A stretch of 64,000 nt of DNA from a virus. Taxonomy: Duplodnaviria; Caudoviricetes. Under the pieces are notes generated by a model. That model worked only from the letters and a program-made list of their open reading frames with translations. It did not search any database and was not told the DNA's origin. Shown here piece by piece: positions 49,326 through 59,045 of the stretch. The stretch spans positions 64,001-128,000 of the IMG/VR virus record IMGVR_UViG_3300028048_000063. The stretch is one strand, 5' to 3'. How positions within the stretch are numbered: position 1 is the first letter of the stretch; each line of letters begins with the position of its first letter. The position numbers were made by a program, and so were the translations under genes.

Positions 49326-49736
49326 ATGAAAAGACCAGGCAGCAACCCAATTAACTTGAAAGATTTTGTAAACACTAATATTAAGACTAATCCAAATACA
49401 AATATAACAGTCAAATTAGTAAATACAGAAACAAACGAAAAAATTTTTATAGGAAGTAGCAACAAAAATACGACAACGTATTATACAGTAATTTATGATC
49501 CTCAACATACTTCAGCTTCAGCTGGTAATGCTTATTATTGCAATAGGATTAAAGACGTAGCAGAAGTAATAAACTTTTTATTTGAAAATGAAGACATATA
49601 CGCTACTAAAATACAATCACTAAACTCAAATAATGTTCTTGATCAACCAGATACTATTTCTTTAGATGATAAAAGATATGAATATCTTTACAGAGAATTA
49701 GTTATAGATCCAGACGATGATATATACAACGATTAA
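49326..49736 (+). CDS. Hypothetical protein (136 aa)
   Basis: ORF between the promoter and the RNAP gene. Confidence 0.55.
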   Translation: MKRPGSNPINLKDFVNTNIKTNPNTNITVKLVNTETNEKIFIGSSNKNTTTYYTVIYDPQHTSASAGNAYYCNRIKDVAEVINFLFENEDIYATKIQSLNSNNVLDQPDTISLDDKRYEYLYRELVIDPDDDIYND

Positions 49737-49786
49737 TACATATACACAAAGATAAATATATAAAAAAGGATACAAAATTATAAATA

Positions 49787-52696
49787 ATGGCAGTAGTTCA
49801 AAATTTATATCAAGTTTATAAATTACCAGCTTCAATGTTGGTAAAAAATGACTGTAAGATAGACGATTACAGATTCTCCAAAGCTCTCAAAGAGGGCAAT
49901 GTTGTTTCAATAGGAGATAATTTAGTCTTTCAACAGTTACGTTATATCCATGGCGATTATAGAAATCACACGGAGCTTTTTAATTATGTTACAAAATTAA
50001 GAAGTGTTATGCACAAATACAAAAAAGATGGCATGTTTAGAGAAGCTCGTGTTCTTAATCAAAGAATTTCAAAAGTATTATTTGTACAAGACATAGTAAA
50101 TGTTTATATTGATGGCAAAAAATCTGATTTCCACGCATTCAGAACTAAAGGTTTTGATTTAAATGGTATTCACTACGTATATTTATGTAGTGGTAGCGGA
50201 CAAATTCGTAGAAATACAGCTACATTTATTAATGAGAAATATAGAGACAGAGTCGTAAAAACATTAAACTGTGGATTAGATGAAAAGACATCTGATTTTG
50301 TATTAGCTAAGTATAGTGCATATTTTGCACTAGCATTCTCTTCTATACTTTGGGTTAGAACACCTCGAGTTTGTGTCATTAAGGATTTCTACAATACATT
50401 AAAACAAGAACCTGTAGATTTTATTTATCATGACGAAAATGATAGTGGAAAAGCTAAGATTGAAGAAAGAAAAATGGACTTAGAATTAAACTGCGCCGAT
50501 GGACAAGGATTAGTAGATCCAGAATTTGCTAAACTTTGGTCAGAGGATATGAAGCTAAAATATACACCTTGTTCTTTTGTTGTACGTTCTTGCTTCATTA
50601 AAGGTAATCTTGCAACATTTGATTTTAAAGCTTATGCTCATGAACACGGTATCACAACAATTAGAGACCGTTGGGGTAAGGTTTATAATATTGATGAAAT
50701 AGACGTCCTTCTTTCCGAATCTCAATTTAAAACCTATAAGTATTATAGCAGTTGGCAAGAATACTGCGACTATACCACAAAAGGTAATATTCACTGGGGC
50801 GTAGCTCGTTATAATAAAATAGAAGATGAAGAATATGTTTTAGCAAATTATCAATACATTCAAGCATTATCTCTCGATACAGAAGATATTCAAAAATTAA
50901 TAGCTCCAACAGTAGAATGGATCAAACAAATTTGTTCTGGAGATCTTCTCTACGCCATGCTTTACGCATTTGGAACTAAATCACAAAATGTTGAATATAA
51001 TAATCTTTACGGATCTGCTAAAACAACAGCAATGCGTGCCTTAATAAAAAATGCTAATTTTTTAGACGATACTTATATCCAACAAAAACTCTATAAAAAT
51101 ATTACAGAGTCAATTAATCATGCAAAACTTGGTAAGATTTGGATCCGTGGTAATTATCAATTTATGGTCTCAGATCCTGTCGCACAATGTCAAGCCGCAC
51201 TTGGACTTCCAGTCACAGGCGTCTTAAAACGTGACGAAGTATGGTCTGACTTCTGGACAAAACGTGAGGTCAAAAAACTCGACCTCTGCAGATCACCAAT
51301 GATCGACGTCCACGAACACAATCCATGCACCGTTCATTACTCAGAAGAAGCTTCAAAATGGTTAAAGTATCTCACAAGTGGTATAGTATTCTCAATTTAT
51401 GATACTTCAACATTTAGAGCTGAAGATGCAGACTTCGATGGTGATATAGTTCTATCAACAGATAACGAGTTTTTCCTTAAAGGAGCTCATAAAGATCATA
51501 ATATCATTACATACGAGAAAGGTTTAGCAACCCCAGCAAAAATGACCGTAAATAACATAACTTCAACAGTTATGAAAGGATTTGGTACAGGTGTTGGTGG
51601 ATTCTCAAACACAGCAACAATTCTCTATGCAATGGCAGCAATCTTTAACAAACCAGGACATGAAGATCAATATAACGAGATAATGACACGTATTAAACTT
51701 CTCCGTGAAATCGTGGGCCAAGAAATTGACCGTATTAAAGGCGCCGATAAACCATCACTCCCTCCAGAGTGGAAAAAAATCGAAAAAATCGCCCCAAACG
51801 ACTCACAAGACGAAGTCATACGCAAAATGCGCCGCAATGCGATGGTTGTATCTAAAAAACCATACTTCTTTAGATATCTCTATCCAGAGCTAAACGCACA
51901 ATATAAACAATTTGAGTCATCATATAATCAAATTAGTCGTGACATGTTTGGTATAAAGTTTAAAAAACTTCTCATGAAGGAAAATAAAACCGAAGAAGAA
52001 AAAACTCTTATTCGTCGTTACCAAAAATATTCACCATTAATTACAGCACCTTGCACAATGAATAAACTCTGTAAAGAGTTTGAATCAATAGATTTCGATA
52101 TAAAGTATGCACGTGATTTTTCTGGCGGGACAGGATCAAAAGATAAACACCCAGTTAAATCCATGCTTCCAACTTTTGAGTCGGAATTTGAACCAATATT
52201 TGATCAAACAAAACTAGATACAGTTCGTCAAATGTATCGCGGTTTTTCCGACAAAAAACAGATCAAACACCTATCAAACATACTCACTCAAAATCTTATT
52301 CAAGAGGATGAGTATCAAGAATATCGCTCAACAATCTATGACGAAATCCTCGAGCGCCTTAGACAACAAATGGTAGATGCGGACATATCCGATAAAGAGT
52401 TTTTATATTATTCTTATAAACTCTCTAAACTCTACGCCTCATTTAATTGGGGTTTTGTCTGGGAGGTTCTCGATGATCATATCTTAACCTACATCCCTCA
52501 AGGACAAACATATTGCCCTGTTAAGGATCCAGATGGTGAATATTCATATCTCGGCAATACATATTCACTTAAAGACATAACAAAATTTGATCTCTCAACA
52601 ACAGAAGATACCGATTTTGATTACGAGATAGATTCTGATGAGTTTAACTTTACAACATTCGCCAACGGTTTTGACGAAGAAGAAGATTTTAATTAA
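49787..52696 (+). CDS. YonO-like single-subunit (double-psi-beta-barrel) DNA-dependent RNA polymerase
   Basis: SGQIR, DGQG, RSP and catalytic ADFDGD motifs; EIDRIKG; SPbeta-like context. Confidence 0.88.
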   Translation: MAVVQNLYQVYKLPASMLVKNDCKIDDYRFSKALKEGNVVSIGDNLVFQQLRYIHGDYRNHTELFNYVTKLRSVMHKYKKDGMFREARVLNQRISKVLFVQDIVNVYIDGKKSDFHAFRTKGFDLNGIHYVYLCSGSGQIRRNTATFINEKYRDRVVKTLNCGLDEKTSDFVLAKYSAYFALAFSSILWVRTPRVCVIKDFYNTLKQEPVDFIYHDENDSGKAKIEERKMDLELNCADGQGLVDPEFAKLWSEDMKLKYTPCSFVVRSCFIKGNLATFDFKAYAHEHGITTIRDRWGKVYNIDEIDVLLSESQFKTYKYYSSWQEYCDYTTKGNIHWGVARYNKIEDEEYVLANYQYIQALSLDTEDIQKLIAPTVEWIKQICSGDLLYAMLYAFGTKSQNVEYNNLYGSAKTTAMRALIKNANFLDDTYIQQKLYKNITESINHAKLGKIWIRGNYQFMVSDPVAQCQAALGLPVTGVLKRDEVWSDFWTKREVKKLDLCRSPMIDVHEHNPCTVHYSEEASKWLKYLTSGIVFSIYDTSTFRAEDADFDGDIVLSTDNEFFLKGAHKDHNIITYEKGLATPAKMTVNNITSTVMKGFGTGVGGFSNTATILYAMAAIFNKPGHEDQYNEIMTRIKLLREIVGQEIDRIKGADKPSLPPEWKKIEKIAPNDSQDEVIRKMRRNAMVVSKKPYFFRYLYPELNAQYKQFESSYNQISRDMFGIKFKKLLMKENKTEEEKTLIRRYQKYSPLITAPCTMNKLCKEFESIDFDIKYARDFSGGTGSKDKHPVKSMLPTFESEFEPIFDQTKLDTVRQMYRGFSDKKQIKHLSNILTQNLIQEDEYQEYRSTIYDEILERLRQQMVDADISDKEFLYYSYKLSKLYASFNWGFVWEVLDDHILTYIPQGQTYCPVKDPDGEYSYLGNTYSLKDITKFDLSTTEDTDFDYEIDSDEFNFTTFANGFDEEEDFN

Positions 52697-52717
52697 AAAA
52701 AGGAGAAAAAGTAGAAA

Positions 52718-53479
52718 ATGGACACAAAAGACAATAAAAAACTAAACGCTCCACAAAAGGAGTTCCTAGAATTACAAACAAAAGAGTTACAGACAATTTA
52801 TGAGGCTTATAAGGAAATAGTCTCTTCTGATGAATTTGCTGCACAGCAAACCCCAGAGGCTCAAACTGCCTATATAAAAGAAGTTCTCGCCCAAAAACTT
52901 TCCTCTTCATTCTCCTTCACACCAGCCGTTGCTGAACGTATTGCCACACATATTCTTGACCTCTTCCCACAAGTTCAAGATATAGAGACACAGTATATCA
53001 TAAACACAGATACAGACATAGATGCAAACACGGCGACACAACCAGCCACGCCGACAATCTTTATCACACTTAAAGATTACGAGAGATTTATAGAAAAGAT
53101 CCAGTTAGCAAACACTCCTCCAACAGAGCAGTTGAAGTCACTTCTCTTTTCATTCATGGTTTTCTATCGTGATAACTATCATCCAACAGGATGGGTTCGC
53201 TATGATCGTAAAAATATATTCTATCTCGCCGGACTTTCATCCCTCTCTACACAAAAACAAGAGAAACTTGTAAATAAACTTCACGATCATTTTGGTCTTG
53301 ATATGCGCGTAGTGGGATCTAATCAACCAATTCCTTGTTTTAAGATTAATTGGCTTTATGATCAAGACGATGTTTCAACTCCAAAAAATCCACTTCTCTC
53401 TTTCGGTCCGTTTACACCTAAAAATCTTAAACAAATAATAACAAAGGCTAATAATACAATGGAGGATATACAACAATAA
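52718..53479 (+). CDS. Hypothetical protein
   Basis: 253-aa ORF with AGGAGA SD. Confidence 0.7.
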   Translation: MDTKDNKKLNAPQKEFLELQTKELQTIYEAYKEIVSSDEFAAQQTPEAQTAYIKEVLAQKLSSSFSFTPAVAERIATHILDLFPQVQDIETQYIINTDTDIDANTATQPATPTIFITLKDYERFIEKIQLANTPPTEQLKSLLFSFMVFYRDNYHPTGWVRYDRKNIFYLAGLSSLSTQKQEKLVNKLHDHFGLDMRVVGSNQPIPCFKINWLYDQDDVSTPKNPLLSFGPFTPKNLKQIITKANNTMEDIQQ

Positions 53480-54090
53480 TGCTAAATAAGATTAAAAATT
53501 TATTTTCAAAACTTAGACAACGCCGTCTAGCTCGCAATACCGCAATAATTCTCTACGGAATTTTTGAGAAAAAAGATCCAGATTTTTCTGGTCCTTCAAC
53601 ACCTCACCCATCTCCAATAGAATTAATGCAACACTATACCCCAGTAACAATTGCTCCAACACGAGAAGATGCAATGAAAGTTATAGATAAACTTATCTAT
53701 TTTAATCATTTTGATCATTTTGCCCTCTGGTGCGATTCTCATGGTTATACAGATACTTGTGCATGGATATATCCATCTTGGACACAATATAAACGCGACG
53801 TCCTCACTCTCGACACAATAAAAACAGAAAGCGAGAAATATTCCGCCTTTGCACTCACATATTCACGTAAGGATATATCTAGTATTATACGTATGTTTTC
53901 ACACTGCGAGCCACTTCTTCTTCCTTATGAGAAAGACATTGAACTACAAGCTTATCTTAATCGTACCCCAATTCTTTCAGGGCATCTCGCTTCAATAATT
54001 GCCGCAGATACAGTGGACGGTGCTAAAATAAAAAATGCTATTACACAAATTCAAAAAATCACCGAAACACAACCCTCAGAAAAAATTTAG
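53479..54090 (+). CDS. Hypothetical protein
   Basis: 203-aa ORF, translationally coupled, GGAGG SD. Confidence 0.7.
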   Translation: MLNKIKNLFSKLRQRRLARNTAIILYGIFEKKDPDFSGPSTPHPSPIELMQHYTPVTIAPTREDAMKVIDKLIYFNHFDHFALWCDSHGYTDTCAWIYPSWTQYKRDVLTLDTIKTESEKYSAFALTYSRKDISSIIRMFSHCEPLLLPYEKDIELQAYLNRTPILSGHLASIIAADTVDGAKIKNAITQIQKITETQPSEKI

Positions 54091-54109
54091 AAGAAAATTA
54101 AAAATTTAG

Positions 54110-54140
54110 TTGACGATTGTTTTATTATCCAGTATAATAT
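54110..54140 (+). promoter_or_regulatory. sigmaA-type promoter of the DUF2828/vWA gene
   Basis: TTGACG ... TATCCAG-TATATAAT. Confidence 0.65.
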
Positions 54141-54229
54141 ACACAGATAACATGAAATAGTTATCGCCAATAAACCAAAACTAAACCTAAAAAATAAAAA
54201 TATATACAAAAAAGGAGACATAGACAGAT

Positions 54230-55879
54230 ATGGATACACAAGGAACAGTAAACGCATACGAATACGATCAAGCACAACAACTCGATGAAATCATTTCCGA
54301 GGAGACAAAAACACCTCATACAGATTTCTTAACCGCAATGGCACGAGTTGCTGCCTTAAAGCGTACAGAAAACGGTGCTCCAGCATTATCCACATCTCTC
54401 TCTGCACTCTTAGATTTATTCGGAGAGATAGGTGCTCTCCGCTGTCGCTCAGAAGCAGATATTATTAGTCTCTTCCTCGCAGCATACGGCGAAGATAAAA
54501 ACCTCGCTCTCAAAACACTCTTCTACGCAAGGGATATCCGTGGTTCTCAAGGTCTCGGTGAACGCCGCACTTTCCGTGTAATTCTCCGCTACCTCGCACT
54601 CAACCACCCAGATGACATAGCTCACCTCATTCCTCTAATTCCATTCTTTGGACGCTGGGATGATCTCTTTGTCCTCCTCGATACCCCTCTAGAAGATACA
54701 ACTCTCGACTTGATCGCGGAGCAGTTTGAATCAGACCTCCAAAATCTCAATTCAAATCACCTCCAAAATATATCACTTTTAGCAAAGTGGTTGCCATCCG
54801 TGAATGCTTCCTCCAAGGCAACACGTGATACCGCAAAACACCTCCTAAAAAAAGGCTTACATCTTTCACAAAAAGACTATCGCCATAAACTTTCTGCTCT
54901 TCGAGCTGCTCTCCGCGTGATAGAAAAACAAATGTCATCAAATAACTGGTCCGATATTAACTACGAATCAGTTCCATCATACGCAGCACTTCGTTATAAA
55001 CTAGCGTTCGCTCGTCATGACCAAGAACGTTATGAAGCTTATCTCGAAGCACTAATGCATGGCGAAGCAAAGATCCACGCAGATACCCTCTATCCTTATG
55101 ATATCGTTCGTGATCTTTTTAGTGAGTCTTTCTGGAGTACAAACTTCACCGAAGATGCTATACAACTCGCCACAGCACAACAACTTTGGAATGCACTTCC
55201 AAATTACCTCGCCGACACACCTAACGCCGATCAACGTTATCTCGTCATGGCAGATACCTCCGGCTCAATGTTTGACCGCGTTGGATCTATCTATAGATCT
55301 ACATCTCTCGCCGTATATTTCGCCGAACGTACAACAGGGTACTTTGCAAATACATTCCTAACGTTTACCGACAAACCAAAACTCGTTAAACTATCTCCGG
55401 AACTTTCTCTTAAAGAGAAACTCCAAATAGTCCTTAACCCAGATTATGTCGGTTACTCAACAAACCTCGACCGCGCTTTCGCAACAGTCCTTGCCGCTGC
55501 CGTCGCTGCTAAAGTTCCTCAATCCGAACTTCCAACAGCTATCCTCGTAATCTCTGATATGGAAATCGACCAAGCCGTAGATTTCTACGATCACGCCGAC
55601 AACCAGACCGAACAAGACGTGGATCCACGCTCGGCAACTTTCACAGAACGTTGGACACAAAAATTTGCAGAAGCAGGTTATACCCTTCCAAATATCGTCT
55701 ACTGGAACGTAAATGCACGTAACAATACATTCCACGCAACAGAAACAGATAACGTTCGCTTTGTCTCTGGTTCTTCCGCTGCAACTTTTACAACTCTCTG
55801 TAAAACAAACGGAGCAACCCCAACCGAAACAATGCTTGCAACTATCCTTGACGATAGATATAGAGATATACATATCTAG
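54230..55879 (+). CDS. DUF2828-type TROVE-like helical + vWA protein (Ro60-related, putative RNA-binding)
   Basis: TENG, RDIRG.G.GER, GRWDDL, AKWLP, L.PYDI, MIDAS motif DTSGSM, ISDME, YWNV, SG.S. Confidence 0.82.
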   Translation: MDTQGTVNAYEYDQAQQLDEIISEETKTPHTDFLTAMARVAALKRTENGAPALSTSLSALLDLFGEIGALRCRSEADIISLFLAAYGEDKNLALKTLFYARDIRGSQGLGERRTFRVILRYLALNHPDDIAHLIPLIPFFGRWDDLFVLLDTPLEDTTLDLIAEQFESDLQNLNSNHLQNISLLAKWLPSVNASSKATRDTAKHLLKKGLHLSQKDYRHKLSALRAALRVIEKQMSSNNWSDINYESVPSYAALRYKLAFARHDQERYEAYLEALMHGEAKIHADTLYPYDIVRDLFSESFWSTNFTEDAIQLATAQQLWNALPNYLADTPNADQRYLVMADTSGSMFDRVGSIYRSTSLAVYFAERTTGYFANTFLTFTDKPKLVKLSPELSLKEKLQIVLNPDYVGYSTNLDRAFATVLAAAVAAKVPQSELPTAILVISDMEIDQAVDFYDHADNQTEQDVDPRSATFTERWTQKFAEAGYTLPNIVYWNVNARNNTFHATETDNVRFVSGSSAATFTTLCKTNGATPTETMLATILDDRYRDIHI

Positions 55880-55886
55880 AAAACGA

Positions 55887-55948
55887 TCGACGCATACAGC
55901 AGCTATTTAAAAGGAAGATCATTTTTAATAACTATAATACCGCGTCGA
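55887..55948 (+). ncRNA. Small RNA unit 1 downstream of the Ro-like gene
   Basis: Closing stem TCGACGC/GCGTCGA, then ATACAGCA; internal TTAAAAG-GAAGATCA-TTTTTAA hairpin. Confidence 0.6.
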
Positions 55949-55960
55949 GATATATAAAGA

Positions 55961-56034
55961 AAGGCACACACAGCAATATGATGTTAAAAGATCACTTTTA
56001 GAACCGCAATTTCTAATTCCCTCCATCGTGCCTT
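55961..56034 (+). ncRNA. Small RNA unit 2 downstream of the Ro-like gene
   Basis: Closing stem AAGGCAC/GTGCCTT, then ACACAGCA; internal TAAAAG-ATCA-CTTTTA hairpin. Confidence 0.6.
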
Positions 56035-56040
56035 GTTAAA

Positions 56041-56070
56041 ACTCCCTCACTTCGGTGGGGGTGTTTTTTT
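56041..56070 (+). terminator. Intrinsic terminator
   Basis: CCCTCAC-TTCG-GTGGGGG followed by a T7 run. Confidence 0.85.
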
Positions 56071-56083
56071 ATACCCGCTTAGG

Positions 56084-56232
56084 TATAATTATATATATCT
56101 ATATATGTGCGTATACCTGTACGGGTATATTTTTATATATATGTATCTGCATATATCTATATAGATCTGCATATAAACAGGCAATATATATGCATATGTC
56201 TACCTATATGTATATAGGGATATATATAAATA
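56084..56232. repeat. (TA)n-rich low-complexity, quasi-palindromic tract
   Basis: Dense TATATA/ATATAT with several short palindromes. Confidence 0.6.
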
Positions 56233-56448
56233 CCCCCACCCCCTTTTTACCTGGAAAAGTAGATATTTGGATATAGAGAGAGGGACACGGATAGATAGAA
56301 AGATATAGGTCGGGTTCGATGGACAACGTCATACTATATATTTTAATTTTATTTTTTATTTTAAAAATGTAAATTACATATTTACATATATTTTATTTTG
56401 TTTAAGCGGAGGTAGCAACCATGGCTATCTACTATCATTTAAAAATAG

Positions 56449-56898
56449 GTGATTTTTATGTTTAATATGTTAAAAAAACCTTATTATTTTGATTTAGACG
56501 GGGTTCTAGCGGATTTCAACGGCGAGATAAACGCCGTCGAGAGATTTGAACAAGAAAAAGATTTCTTTTTCAATCTCAAACCAATAAAAAAGAATCTTGA
56601 CGAAGTCAAAAAATTGATCAACAATAATAATATAGTTTATATTATTACAGCAAGTCCTAATGCAAGATGTGATAATGATAAAGTTCATTGGCTCAGGAAA
56701 TATCTTCCTGAAATCCAAAGAAAGAACATTATCATTCTCCGCAACGGACAAAGCAAAGTCAAATTCATGAGGAGCCGACATGGCATCCTTATGGATGACT
56801 ACAGCAAAAATTGCCGCGAATGGATTACAAAACGTGGCAATACTAGTTGTAAAATAACTATTGAATTTGATGTTCAATATTATTTAAAGCAACTTTAA
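56449..56898 (+). CDS. HAD-family 5'(3')-deoxyribonucleotidase
   Basis: FDLDGVLADF (DxD), ITAS, K, LMDD. Confidence 0.85.
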   Translation: MIFMFNMLKKPYYFDLDGVLADFNGEINAVERFEQEKDFFFNLKPIKKNLDEVKKLINNNNIVYIITASPNARCDNDKVHWLRKYLPEIQRKNIIILRNGQSKVKFMRSRHGILMDDYSKNCREWITKRGNTSCKITIEFDVQYYLKQL

Positions 56899-56934
56899 AA
56901 GAGTGGTGGTGCAATTGCATCACCCTACTTTTAT

Positions 56935-58968
56935 GCCCACATAGGACACGTCCCTACGTGAAAGTCGTAGACGTGTGGGTGGATATAAGCGTAAGCTGAA
57001 CCAACGTCCAAGTCGCGGTATTCCCGCGGTGTATACAAGCACGTATACACAAAGCGGGGTGCGATTACTGCGGCGTAGCATAGCTTTTGCTGTGCGACTC
57101 CGGCGGAGTATAAACAGCCAACCCGGCAGGGTAAAATGTGGGGTAAGCGTCACCCCGAGAGCGCGCCGAACAGGTGTCGTTAGTTATGACGATACTGTAG
57201 TAGGACAATACCGCACTCTTCAACGACCTGTCTGGATCGATAGCCTAAGGGTTATTGTGAAAGATGGACTCACGAAAGCTAGTCTCCGGACTAGAGGAGT
57301 AGGAGTGTGAAAATAACTGTCGTCACGCGACTTATCATCGTTGTGACACGTCCTGGATAAGGGCCATAGGGATTGGCGAGATCTCTTGGGTTATCTATTC
57401 TATATATCAAATTCGTGTCGATATATAGACGTCATGTGCTAAAAGGCGATTGGCGAAAAGAATAGCGGCTATGCATTGGTCGTAAGGAGGAGTGAAAAAG
57501 AGACCCGAGACAGCGGTATCCAAAGTAACTCGGTCGCAACGCAGACAGTAGGGAAGGTAACAACCCTGTACAAGCTGATAAGCGTCTTAGAATAGCGGCT
57601 GCATGAAAAGTGCGATGTAACGAGCAACCCCTTGATAAGGGGAGAGCAGGGAATAAGTGCTAGTGATCTAGATAGGTAACTATCTGGATTGCATTACAGC
57701 CGAACTCTACTCTGCTTCCAAATCTGGTGGCGACACCAGTGAGTAGAAGTCTGTGTTACGCTCCTGAATAACGGGGAGGATGGGACGATCTCCATCCGTA
57801 TTACGAGTATCTCTCGGAGTACAATTCCTACACACCCAGAGCTGTCCTTGGTATGGGGGTGATGGGTAGGATCCCGGCAACAGAACACAAAGGCAAACCC
57901 TGGAAGGCCAACGTTCCAGGTTATTGTCCGAATTAAATAACGAGTGGTGCAGCAGCAATGCACCAAAAGAAGAATGCGACTGACTGTTTATCGGTTTGCA
58001 GGACGCTTTTGGCAAAAAAAGAGCACCCCGTGTAGGATGATTATAATGTCTATACCAAACGGTATGTCGGTGCAAGCTGATGTATACGAGGAGATCGATA
58101 GACTAAAGGGGATTTCCACTAGAAGCCAAGCTCACCATGGCGCACAGGAGATTAGACCAGACTTGGGGAGGATAGATACCCCGAGGCAACGTGTATCGCT
58201 ACACGGAGCCCATCAACATATATGAGAATATATGTAACAGCGTATAATTTATTATATGTGAGCAGTAATGTGAGTGGATGGGTGTTTAAATAACCGAATA
58301 AGTCACGCAGAGTAGGTATTAGGTACAAAAGAATGATAACCGATAGGTCTCAAAAGACAATAAGGTTTGATTCACCTAATAGTGAACGGTGAGCGAAACG
58401 GCAGCGAGTAAGCTACTATATACAACAGCTTATATTGGTATCCCTAGTTTTCTAGGTGGTGCCGTATAGACGGGCGTATTAAAGTGTAATCCGTAAGGAT
58501 TGCTGTAGTAAGGTTATATAAGACTTTATGTCGAGATGTAACTGTAGCGTCCTCCGACCGCGGAGGAAGGGCGATAAGCCTAAAAGGGAAGCTTTGTCTA
58601 AGGATAGTTTATATATAAGGGTATGTCATACTCATCGAGTGCGCCGCAGTAATGTGGTAGTATCAACAACTATAGGTAACTATAGCGGGGAGTATGAACT
58701 ATCTGGACAAATGACGTGACCAACCAGCTGAATAGGTTAGGTGAGCCCCCTGGAGGGGCGGAAGAGACAAGAGCGAGTGAGTTAAGCAAGAAGTAGTGTA
58801 AAGTAGCGCTTGATGTTCGTCGTAACATCTTAACTAGGAGTGGCCGAGTAACTTCCTAGAGTGCAAAATATACTATGGATTGCCGACTATAGGATCTCGT
58901 AACTCCAGACGCCTACATACCGTTCGTATGTATACTGCAATCGCAGGAGAGTTTGTGAATGATTGTTT
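56935..58968 (+). ncRNA. Candidate giant structured non-coding RNA (~2.0 kb)
   Basis: No credible ORF, visibly higher GC than the flanks, more than 25 hairpins with plus-strand G-U pairs and GNRA/UNCG loops; 3' end set by the twister cleavage site; 5' end approximate. Confidence 0.75.
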
Positions 58969-59017
58969 AATGTGGCCATGGACGGTGACAAGCCCGTGTA
59001 AACACAGAGTCAAACAA
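58963..59017 (+). ncRNA. Twister ribozyme, type P1
   Basis: P1 TTGTT/AACAA, U^AA, P2 TGTG/CACA, GCC, P4 ACGG/CCGT, L4 TGACAAGC, GTAAA, GAGTCA (T1 TGAC/GTCA); predicted cut between 58968 and 58969. Confidence 0.9.
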
Positions 59018-59045
59018 AAAACTAAAACAAAAAAAGGAGAAAAAA

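Noticed and set aside
24241-52696. Inteins or introns in nrdD, terL or the RNA polymerase
   Set aside because: Protein lengths are normal, motifs are contiguous and no intein or homing-endonuclease signatures were seen
55887-56034. CRISPR mini-array
   Set aside because: Only two units, repeats not identical, conservation is structural, no cas genes
56896-57000. A 5' self-cleaving ribozyme that would allow excision and circularisation of the giant RNA
   Set aside because: Only simple hairpins seen; no hammerhead, twister, pistol or HDV core could be built by eye
56935-58968. Group I/II intron, RNase P RNA, tmRNA or rRNA identity for the large RNA
   Set aside because: No interrupted gene; no recognisable domain V, P7 core, GAGGAAAGUCC or tRNA-like termini; the GTGCG near 58639 has no supporting downstream structure. 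A formal Rfam scan is still needed.
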